DNA of 64,000 nt. It comes from Octopus vulgaris (Eukaryota). A program made the position numbers and the translations under genes. Below, in pieces: positions 52,733 through 64,000 of the stretch (positions are counted from its first letter, which is position 1; every line of letters begins with the position of its first letter). The notes beneath the pieces are model-generated. The model had not been told where the DNA came from. It searched no databases and worked only from the letters and a program-made list of their open reading frames with translations. Location: contig OX597830.1 in NCBI GenBank assembly GCA_951406725.2, positions 48,360,001 to 48,424,000 on the forward strand, written 5' to 3'.

Positions 52733-52763
<31 letters not shown>

Positions 52764-52774
52764 CATTATTATTA

Positions 52775-52815
<41 letters not shown>

Positions 52816-52819
52816 TTTA

Positions 52820-53135
<316 letters not shown>

Positions 53136-53137
53136 TT

Positions 53138-53168
<31 letters not shown>

Positions 53169-53187
53169 TTATTATCATCATCATTAA

Positions 53188-53223
<36 letters not shown>

Positions 53224-53300
53224 TATTATTATTATTATCATTATTATTATTATTATCATTATCTTTATTATTATTATTATTATTATCATCATCATCATCA

Positions 53301-53364
<64 letters not shown>

Positions 53365-56300
53365 CAGTAGCATATTTTTATATCGTGCTTTCACTTCACT
53401 ACCGAGCGCAGCTCTGTGTGCCTTGGGTATGTGCTGTGATATGTTGTGATACACTGATGGTTATTGTATGGAAAGTGTTCTGCGTAGGATGTGTGAAGTG
53501 CCTAGTAGTGCAATTTTCTGTATGTTATATGTGTTTGTAAGTCCTGTTTTTTCTTGTTATGTATTTGTCTGAATATTTTTTATCATGCCTAATGCACCTA
53601 TTATGATAGGAATTGTTTCTGTTTTTAGATTCCACATTCTGGTTACCTCTATTTCCAGGTATTTTGAAAGTTTCTCCATTTCTTTTAGAAACACGTTGTC
53701 ATCCGCTGGTATTGATACATCAATTAGAAAACATTTTTTTTCTTCATGATCTATGACAAATATATCTGGTCTGTTGGCCTTAATTTCTCTATCTGTGTGT
53801 ATTGGCATATCCCAGAGTATGGTTGCTTTCTCGTTTTCTGTGACCTTTTCTGGTGTGTGCCTATACCATCTTTTTCTGTTGTTATTCCATAATGTTGGCA
53901 TATTTTCCAGTGTATATAGGTCCCAACTCTGTCGTGTCTGTGAATATATTCCTTCTTAGCCAGGACTGGGCAGCCAGAGATAATATGATTTATTGTTTCT
54001 TGTCCATCTCCACATATTCTGCAGTTACTTGTTATATTTCTTTTTCATTACATGTTTTTGGTAATTTCTGGTGGGGAGGCTTTGGTCTTGTGCTGCAATT
54101 AAAAATCCTTCTGTCTCTGCTTTGAGTCCTGAGCTTCTCAACCATTGTTGGAATTTTTCTTTGTCTATTTCTTTTGCATTTAGTTCAGTCCAGTATTTGC
54201 CATGAAGGGGCTTTTCTTGCCATCGTTTTATCATGGTTCGATGCTGTTCTCTTTTTAGTTTGGATTTCATTTGTTTTATAGCTTTTGTTGTTTCTTTATC
54301 TTCTTCTTCTTCTTCTTCATATTTGTTAGGTGGTACGATTTCTTGTTTGTATTTGTCAGCTTCGTTAAATACAGAGAACAGTTTTTTGTTTTGCTGCTAT
54401 TCGTATCAGTTTTCCTTCCTTCTGAAGCAGATATTTTTGCAGTCCTATGGTGGTTATTTTATAGTAGTTTTCCAGTTGTATAAGGCCTCTACCACCATCT
54501 ATACGTTGTATATATAGCCTTTCTATGTCAGATTTTGGGTAATGCATCCTAGATCCTGACATTAATTTTCTTGTTTTCCTATCTATTTTGGTCAGTTCAT
54601 TTGTCCAGTTAAGGATATTGTAGCTGTAACTTATAACTGGGACGGCTAAAGTGTTGATTCCTATTATCTTGTTTTTAGCATTGAGCTCTGTTTTTAGTAT
54701 TGATCTAACTCGTCTATAATATTCTTTTTTATTTTCTCTTTCATTTGTGTGTGTTGTGTCTTATCTAGTTCATGGATTCCTAAGTATTTGTAAGTTTGTC
54801 TTTGGTCTAATTCTTTTATTTCATTGGTTTTATCTAGCGTGATGTTGCTACTCTTAATTAATTTTCCTCTTTTCAGGGTTACTTTGGCGCATTTCTCTAA
54901 TCCAAATTTCATTTCTATTTCTTTGGTAAATCCATGAAATGTCTTTAGTAGTGTTTCCAGCTGTTTGTCATTTGTGCGTATAGTTTTAGGTCATCCATAT
55001 ATAAAAGGTGGCTGATCGTTTTGCCGTAACATTTATATCCGCATCCAGTTCTGTTTAGCATATACGATGGAGGTGACAGTGCCAAGCAGAAAAGGAGTGG
55101 AGAGAGCGTATCTTCCTGGAATATTCCTCTTCTAATTGGGATGGCTTTGGTTTTCACAAGTCCCTCTTTTGTTTGGAGCTGTAGCACTGTTTGCCATTTA
55201 TTCATAGATTGTCCTATGTACTTTATAATTGTTGGTGCAACTTTGTTCATAGCTAGTGTTTCGAGAATCCATGTGTAGGGGATGCTATCAAAGGCCTTTT
55301 TGTAGTCGATCCAGGCCATACTGAGGCCTTTCTTCTTTCTGTGGCTGTCTTCATTTATGGCTTTATTGATCATTAGTTGATCTTTACAGCCATATGAGCC
55401 TTTGCAGCATCCTTTCTGCTCTTCTGGAAACAGGTTGTTTTCGTCCAGGTGCTTGTTCAATCATTGCGATATTACTGCAGTAAATGCTTTGTACATTGTA
55501 GGGAGACAGGTTATAGGTCTGTAGTTTTCTGGTTTTGCTGTCTCATTTGATTTGGGAATTAAGATGGTTTTCCCCTTCGTGAGCCATTCAGGCATTGTCT
55601 CTGGCTCTGCCAGTATGTTGTTAAAATTTTCAGCCAGCTTTTTGTGCGTTCCTGTTAGATATTTCAACAAGAAGTTGGGGATCTTGTCATGCCCAGGTGC
55701 CTTCCAGTTGCTTAGTCTTTGCAGTGCCTGGGTGACCTCTTCAGTTGTTATGGGGGTCCAAAGTTGCTCAGATGCTGAGTTTGTTGTTTTAATACTCCTT
55801 TTTTTTTGGTTGTTCGTTCGCCGACCATATTTCTCACCAGAATTCTTCCACTTCTTCTGCCGTTGGTGCTGCAGTGATTTCTATTTTATTTTTGCCAAGT
55901 TCTTGGTAGAACTTTTTGGGGTTGGAGTTGAACTGTTTGTTTTGTTCAAAGAAACGTTGGCGTTTCTCATACCGGAGGATCCTTTGTGCTTTGGCAAGGA
56001 TATCTTGCTTTAGCTTCTCTTTTATCTCAGGTAAATCTTTTTCTGTGGTGTTGTATTTGTGGAGTATTTTTGTTTTCTTTTTGTTGCTCAGTAGCGTTGA
56101 TTGTCTACTGATTTCATTAAGAATCGACAGATCTTTTCTAATTTTTGGTATTTTGTTTTGGATGTTGTTTATCCACAGGGTTTGTTTGGGTGGTGGTGCT
56201 CCTGTTTGGATGGGTTTGAGTGAGTATCCAGCTTCTTTTGTGGCTGCAGTGGCTGCTGCGTATATTAAGTCATTTAGCTTAGTGATATCGCTTTTTGTTT

Positions 56301-57270
56301 CAGTGGCTATTAGTTCCGTGACGGCTAGGTTTATGTTGTTTATAATTGATGTTGTTGCTTTGTCTATTTTCATTTTCGGGAGGTATGGTCGGTGGTCCAT
56401 TTTAAGCTCTGTGGTTTTCAGTTCTTTGATTATTTTACTTTTTATATTATCATAATCTTTAGGCTCCCCTTCGTTGTTTCCAGGTTTTAGATTTGTGTCG
56501 CTTTCTATCTTATCCGTATGTTTGTTTGTCGTGTTTTGGCTTGCTGTTTGTCGTGTATTATTATGTATCCTTACGGTCTGGGTTTGTTGTTTTTTATTTA
56601 CATCGTTTTTGTTGGAAATGATACGTTTGTCTTCGTGTTTTACTGTTTCAGTGTATATATTATTTGGCATTGTTGTGTGGCTTCTATCTACATTTTCCTG
56701 GTGTATTTTTTCTTTTAAATGTTCTATTTCTATTTCTGATATTTTTTTGGCGCTGAGAATATACCTCCGTATATTTGCTAGTTTATTAGGGTTCATTGTT
56801 GTATCCAGGTCTTTATTTATGTTATTTTTCTTCCATATTTTGTATGTATGTGTTGTTGTATTTTCATTCTTTGGGTAGAGCACTGCTGTAAAGTAAGCGT
56901 GTAGGATAGAAATGTATTCCTTACGTATCCATTTATGTCTTTTGGGTTTTATTTGCGGGACATGAGGAACAACGTCCGGCCCATTATTTTGACGGTCGTC
57001 ATTTTCGTAGGGTACCGGTCCGTTCATTTCTTTTGTCACGTTGTTTTGCACGTGTAGTTTTTCATACATTTTATGTTGTTAGTTTACAGTACGTACTTCC
57101 CGATTGTTATTCTTGGGTTGAAAAATACCGGTATTATTTAATTTATTCGTAGTGTTTTTGTACATGGTGTTTGGGGCCGGAGATGATCTGGTGTTGATGG
57201 ATCGTAATATATCACGCATGTTTACATGTGTTGTGTTAGAGGTGGAGATAATATCGAGTTAAAATACATC
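53365..57270 (-). mobile_element. Near full-length R4/Dong-type LINE, frameshifted
   Basis: N-terminal ORF 55834-57069, RT pieces 55461-55670, 54945-55460 and 54694-54912, CCHC/RLE 53557-54270, and a (TAA)n tail. Confidence 0.94.
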
Positions 57271-57467
57271 ATTTCGTTTTGAAAATAGTAATAAATTTCA
57301 ATGAGTATTACTTACTCGGATATAGTCCAATCCTTTGTCAGTTATTTTTTAGCTCCATGCGATGTCTTTGTTTCCGATGTTTGTGGATAGATTTCGGAGC
57401 ACTGTTTTATCGTTCTCATATGTTTAACGTCCCCGGTGTAATCTTACGTCCCCGGTGTAATCTCTTA

Positions 57468-57573
<106 letters not shown>

Positions 57574-57582
57574 CATCACCAC

Positions 57583-57624
<42 letters not shown>

Positions 57625-57823
57625 TATTATTATTATTATTATCCTCTCTTTTAGCACCACAATATTATCATAATATTGATGTCTATTAAAGAGTAGAAAA
57701 ATTATCTATTAATTATTTCTCATTATTCAAAAATAATAAAACCATTCACCGGAAATAGTCCCACCACCATTACGAAACTCTACAAAAGACAACATTGATT
57801 TATTTATTTTCTTCTTCTTACAG

Positions 57824-58054
57824 GAAGATGTCCTTTTGATTTGATTTACAGAACTGGTCTACTTAATAACTTTGATTTGGGTGCCATTTTTGCCTTCAAT
57901 TACACGCAGTGTCTGCTTGTTTGCGAAACAATACCAAATTGCCAATCGTTTGACTATAAATTTAATTCCAAATCGTGCCAGTTGTCAACTAAAGATCATA
58001 CAACTGTTGAGTTGTATCTTGACACGAATTGCTCCTACACCAAAATAAACAGAG
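57824..58054 (+). CDS. PAN/Apple module exon 2
   Basis: ttcttacag|GAAGATGT...AACAGAG|gtaagg; 231 nt, phase 1-1. Encodes RCPFDLIYRTGLLNNFDLGAIFAFNYTQCLLVCETIPNCQSFDYKFNSKSCQLSTKDHTTVELYLDTNCSYTKINR. Confidence 0.85.
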
Positions 58055-58489
58055 GTAAGGGCGTCATTTTCTTGCTTTTATTTATTTATTTTGTTGGAAT
58101 TATACACAGTCAGTTGGACAAGACTTAGGCACCACCTTCAAAAATGTTTTAGTCTGTTATATTAAGGCTGCGACTTTGATTTATTTGGCTCTGTCGATTG
58201 GTTAAGTCCAATGTCATATAAAGGTACGGACTCAATACCAAATTAGATTCACAGATAGACAGGTCGATAGGTAGATAGATAAACAGATGGATGGATACAT
58301 ACATGCATACATGCTTGCATACATATATTCACGGATGCATGCATACATACATACATACGTAGATACATACATACTTGCTTGCATACATATATAGATGCAC
58401 GCATACATACATACAGCACACACTCATACGTACAGATAACTACTAAATAATCGATGAACAAAAGGGACAAAGATAGCATCAAACCTCCA

Positions 58490-58870
58490 TGCTGTGATGG
58501 AAAATGTTGGCTCAGCTATACCAGTGTGGAAGATGTAACCCACATCATCAGTAGTTGTGACAAAATGCCTACGAGATTCTACCTGCCCCTGAGGCATGAT
58601 ATAGTTGCAAAGACTATTTACGATGCTACCCATAGGAAGGACTGCTCGGACGTATACATCGAAGCCATGTTAGATCCAGCAAGTAATCAGACCTTTTGAA
58701 AGCAAGGAATACTGGTGGAACTCCCCGCAAAAACAAACGTCAATTCGGTGCAAATATAGCAGACCTGATATTATTCTTTGGTACAGGGGGAAAATGTCAT
58801 GCATTGTTGTAGGGGTCAGTTGCCCAGAGGATGTGAATGTACAATCAAAAGTCTTAGGAAGATAGAACAT
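58490..58870 (+). mobile_element. RLE-type LINE C-terminal fragment (CCHC, RHD, PD..E)
   Basis: EDVTHIISSC...LRHDIVAK...YWWN...RPDIILW...SCPEDVNV. Confidence 0.7.
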
Positions 58871-61800
58871 TTAAGGCAAACTTACAGCTCTTGTTCCTTG
58901 ACCATAAAGTCTCCAGACAACTCCAGTTATCTGTGAACAACCCGTCTGGAAGTGTTCTGTTTATGGTGATAATCGTTCTATGACGTGGCTAAGCTCTCTT
59001 TATTATTATTATCATTATTATTATTATTATTATTATTATTGTTATTATTATTGTTGTTGTTTTTGTTTTTGTTGTTGTTGTTGTTGTTGTCATTATTAGA
59101 AAACTCATACTATATTATTTTACTATAAGAAAACGCACAGCTTATTTTGCTGGTATGATGGAAAGTGTCAGCTGTCCACAGCCAGCAGACTAAGGTGACA
59201 CTTGTTTATTGGCCTTGCTTCAAGAACCCTGCGAAGAATTCTTGCAGTCCCAAGCAATGCTGATTTTTGTAGGTGTTCTATATTCACACTTGCAGCAGTC
59301 TTTTTCAGCCATGTTGGCAGTTCAGTGTTGATATTTCCAAGTGCACCAATTATAATTGCTATCAATTCTCCTCTCTTCATTGGCCACAAACTTCGTATTT
59401 CTCACTTCAAATTGATCCTGTTGTAACCCAAGCATGCTATTCCGATTATTATACATGTTCTTCCATATAAAAATTCACCATAACGATGTCTGGTTTCTGA
59501 TATCTGGTCAGGTGATTTCCTTGGATCATTGCATCTGACAGGATTTTGCAATTCTCATTTTCGATGACTCCTTCAGGCGTTTGCTCAACGTCTTTGCTCT
59601 TTGTAGGCCGTGATTTCCACAGAACTCCTAATGGGTTATTCGTGCCACATCGTCATGGCATCTTTTGTATAAGCGTTGTGTCAATTTTGGGCATATTAGT
59701 GCTTCTGTCTCTATCTTCAGGTCACTCCTGCTCATTCATAGCCACCGGTCCTCTCTGTACCTGTCTTGGCGTTCACATCTCTTGCAAACTGACCGTACAT
59801 TTTCTTTATCTTCGATGCTTTTTTTTTTCGTTCATTTTTTGCTTAAAGTTCTCTTTAGTTACACAATTTTCAGTGTCGATGATGCCATCCTTCCTGTGTT
59901 TCAAGAATGGTTCCACAACATTTTGTATATTCCACCCTAGGCTGTTTTTTCTGCTTCGATACAGTCCTAGTACCTGATCAAACCACTCCCATCCTTTCTT
60001 CTGGACAAGTGTCACTCTTAGTATGGAAAGCTCTGTGCACTGTCAAAATGTTTCTAGTCTTGGTATTCTTCATTTCTCTCTTTTGCCATTTTATAATTCC
60101 CACTCCATACCGAAGTGATGCTATTACCCACATATTAACTGCTTGGATTTTCTTATATCCAGTCAATTTTGATCGCAACAGCAACCTCAGTCGTCTGAAA
60201 TACTAGGGCCCTAGTCTGTCCATGAAGATAGCTTCCTCATAGACAGACTAGGACCCCAAATTAACAACATGCTGCATATTTTCAGCCAGTATATAATTCA
60301 GCTACATCTGGATGTGTGTAAGTTCATTTCTGGTAACATGCTCAGGTATTATAAAAAAAACTACACGTACAATACATAACTTAGAAGCAGCGCTGCGGAT
60401 ATGCCAACACACCCAAGCTCGAGACAGGCTCGCCCTCACGCACTTCTCATGAGGAATTCCAGCAGGGGCTTCGTAAGGCCACTGCAGAGACGATTCCGAA
60501 AAGTAAATCCAGTAACCGTCGGGAAAAACCGATTATAGCAGTAACTCGATCAATTCCTACCAATATCTGAAGAAGGAATTTTTATATTCCGAAATATTAT
60601 TATATCAGACTATGAGTAATTAATTTATAACAGTTATGATAGTCCACTCTGCATTGTTCTGCCATTGAAGACACATTATATTTCGCACTGTATATATTTG
60701 TAGGCCACTAAAATAGTCACACCAGATTGTTCGGTTATAAAATCATGTGACGGAAAAAAGGAGGAGAAAAACAGATAGAAAAAGGAAAAGATGTAAAATA
60801 TAAAAGTAAACAAAGAAAATAAGGGACAAAAACAGGAAAGAAAATTCACAGCAACTCTGCTCTTCTCAATACGTGTGACATGTCGGTTAATACAATCTGT
60901 TGATTTCCAGCATGGATGGTAATCTAGGGCTCATTCTTAAAAATCTTCAGTTCAAGTGCTCCTACAACCACTGGTATTGTAACCGTCTCGAGATGCCATC
61001 TTTGCTCCTACTACTGTGTGGTATTATTAAATGTTGTTTAGTTTCCACTTTTGTCTTGTACTTGAGATTATCAAAAATATGTTAGGGATGGAGGCGGTAG
61101 TAGGAGAAAGAGGAGCAGCTTGGGAGTGACGCGGATTTTTTTGAATTTTCCTTTTCTTTCTTTGGGTTTTTCTGTGGTTTATAGTTTTCGTAATTGTGCA
61201 GTTTGTATATATTGGCAGGTGCTTATCTCCTTAATTTTTTTCGTGCGTTTAATTTGTGGCTGTAAAAGGTACGTTTACATAATTGAGTAATCAGGGTGAA
61301 AAGAAGGGTAAAATTTTCATAGAAAATTGTAGATATTAAAGTTTTAAATTTTCTCAAGATGACCGTTTGTATGTCCGGCCAGAGAAAACTGTAGTGTTCT
61401 TCCAACAAAAAGGGTGTTTATATTTTTGAATATTCAAGGAGAAAGGAGAGAGATAGTATTCACAGAAGTTGTAAATATTTTAAAACATTTTTTAAAGATT
61501 TTAAAGATGATCGTTTGTGTGTTCACCCAGAGAAAATTGAAGATGTGTAAGTTTCTAGCCTTATGGGGTGGGGGAGATTTTAAAAGGCTCACAGGAGATT
61601 GTAGATGTTCCAATTACCAAAAGTTATATTTTAGTTGTTCTGCCGGGTTGTGTTAGTGTTTCTGTGTCTTCGGCTACTGACTGGTCAGTGCAGCCGCTGT
61701 CAAGGCTAGCGCTCTTTATTATTATTATTATCATTATCATCATCATCATCATCATTATTATTATTACTATTATTATTATTATTGTTCTTGTTGTTATTAT

Positions 61801-63471
61801 TATTGTAATCATTATTATTGATTTTGGTATTTTAGAAGGATTGACAAACCTCTTCACAAAGGTAAATAGACAATACGAAGAGCTTTTCGTCCGGCATGCT
61901 AACGATTCGGCCAGTCCGCCGCTTTAGCATTGCAGACAACATATCAAAATTAATTCTGATCTATTCTACATGCTTCCCTGAGCTGTTCCAGAAAAAAAAA
62001 TCATTTTTTCCTACTCTAATGTGGACTAATTATATTTGTAAGACTCCTTACCTAGAATCAAAACCTCGGTCTTCACGCTTGTTTATATTGTTCTCGACAT
62101 TTGTGTTTAGAATTCATTCATTTTACCTATTTAATTCGCCACTATTTTAGATGAGACAGAGTGTAATCTTGTTGACCCATTCCGGTCTATTGTCAATGGT
62201 CTGACTTGACTTTAGTACTGCAATAAATTCGAGATACCAAGAGAAAAATGTTCTCTTTCCTCTGCAACTTCCAAACAGTTAACTATGGCACCTTCTTGGG
62301 AGCTTTGCCCCATTTACCCCCCTCAAGTTAGGGTTCACTATTAACAACTACCATGGTAATAGATTATCCATCAAAACTAACTAAATTTTGTGTTTACTTC
62401 CCACTCGTCGCAGTTGCAGAACCGCGTAAGTAAAATCTACAGTAAGTGTGAAATACCTTTCAGCAGTTCTTTGCAGTGCATCCAGAAATGTTATCTAAGC
62501 AATGCACAGTCTTTCGCCAACTTGTCACATCTCTATGTGATAGAAACAACTTGCTACATCGTGCCTGTTACGCCTTTCCCGTTACAATTACACCGTTATA
62601 CATATAAAGACATGTTTGAAGTACATTTCGAAAGAAGCTAGAATCTTTATAAACGTCTGTCTCTTCATATCTGAGGCTTTGTGTTATTACTAGAAAAAAC
62701 TGATAGTAAATAAAACTCAACATATATTAAAAAAGTAATGGTTTCTTATATAAAATTGTCTTATATATAAATAGGGAAGTCGATCGTATTAAGAAGATTA
62801 GGTTTTCTTGATTAATATTAAAGAAATCACGGAATATATTAAGCCCATCTGAAGAATAAGAAACTATTTTTATTCCATTTCAGAACTTTGGAACGATTTC
62901 AAACAGTCAAATTCACTGGACAAGATTAACTCTGTGGGATGTGGTATAAGAGTTTTCGACTCTTATTATTTCATTAACAGTAAGACCTATTTTTGCTTAT
63001 TTTTTTGTGTGCTTTTTTCTTTTTCTTTAATTCATTGATCTTCTGTCTCCAGTTCTTGTCGAAAAAATAAGAGAAATTAATGTCGCTCTCTTCTTCATCG
63101 CATTATTTCTTCTACTTAGAGTCCTAATTCTTAGTTAAATATATTAGCAGTAAATTTATAATTCCTCTCCCCGAGATACCCAGTCACATGCCCCTTCTCC
63201 TTCTCCCGTCATACATGCTATTACACCAACCAGATCATATCCCGCATCAATTATTATCCCCAATCCTTCCTTTCTAGATTTTACAACACTCAGGAACTCA
63301 CTCCTACTCTCACTACCCTAAAGATGTCCAAACGGAACATTAATAAAATCGATCTATCGAATCAATACTCCATATCCATTCGTTTCCCTTGATCCTTCCA
63401 ATGAAGAGAAATAATTTCATTTATGTTGTTATATTTCTTTTGCCTTCTCTTGCTTTTTTTTTCTATTGCAG

Positions 63472-63668
63472 AAAAAGAAATTAATGGCCAGACATCTTAT
63501 TCAGCTTTTTCCTTCAAACAAAATCCATATCACAACCTTATTACCGAGGTCCAAATGGATGCCCGCTCGGTCTTGGATTGTTCGCTTTTATGTACGATAT
63601 CTTCTACATGTACCGCCTTTTCCTATACTAACACTAAGTGCCTACTAAAGAAACTTGTTGACCTCTAA
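63472..63668 (+). CDS. PAN/Apple module exon 3 (terminal)
   Basis: ttctattgcag|AA AAA GAA; phase 1 (G+AA = Glu with the previous exon). Encodes KEINGQTSYSAF..SVLDCSLLCTISSTCTAFSYTNTKCLLKKLVDL*. AATAAA at 63777-63782. Confidence 0.75.
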
Positions 63669-64000
63669 TGGAATTCACCCCAAAATTATTTACTTCTCAA
63701 TGAAATGTGAGCAAGTCTTTAATGGATCCCGTTTGCTAATAATAATTATATAAGATAAAATGTGTATTTCTTCATAAATAAAATCAATTTAATTCAGTTA
63801 TTTCTTTTGTTAATTTATTTTTATTGCTAACGTTTTTCCTTTTTAGTCTTCTCTTAGAAATCCATTCACACTCTGGATGATTTATAAGATTATTAAATTT
63901 ACCCGAGTACCAATAGAACACTTGGGTATTATTTTATCAACCTTCAAAGAAAGAAACAAAAAAATTAACCTGAACAATATTAGATCTGAAAGCGTTGGGG

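Larger units (their letters stand above)
57640..64000 (+). repeat. Tandem segmental duplication, copy 3 (runs off the window end)
   Basis: Colinear with 25810-31790 and 4150-6260. Confidence 0.95.

Noticed and set aside
55916-56878. Hydrophobic + strand ORFs
   Set aside because: They are antisense shadows of the A-rich LINE ORF.
63666-63668. TAA recoded to Trp by A-to-I editing to extend PAN3
   Set aside because: It needs two edits, adds only 13 residues before a TGA, and has no local dsRNA evidence.

Overview
AT-rich, microsatellite-laden eukaryotic DNA. The SINE/LINE repertoire and the (TAA)n, (CATA)n and (TA)n landscape look like an octopod (coleoid cephalopod) genome; this is an inference from repeat types. 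Most of the window is transposable element debris. It includes R4/Dong-type non-LTR retrotransposons (RT + CCHC + restriction-like endonuclease, RLE) inserted in (TAA)n arrays, one with an unbroken 808-codon 5'-truncated ORF. There are also RTE, Tx1/L1 and APE fragments, tRNA-derived SINEs, a pogo-type MITE, and Penelope-like remnants carrying hammerhead ribozyme motifs in inverted repeats. Hidden among the repeats is a + strand spliced gene that I can assemble with canonical GT-AG, all phase-1 introns: 36047-36077, 49490-49525, 50083-50340, 57824-58054, 63472-63668. It encodes a ~250-aa secreted protein with three PAN/Apple modules. Parts of this gene are tandemly repeated (last exon also at 5746 and 31166; PAN2 exon also at 25995). 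The two PAN2 exon copies differ almost only at amino-acid-changing sites while their intron flanks are ~94% identical. That is a hand-counted signature of strong diversifying selection.
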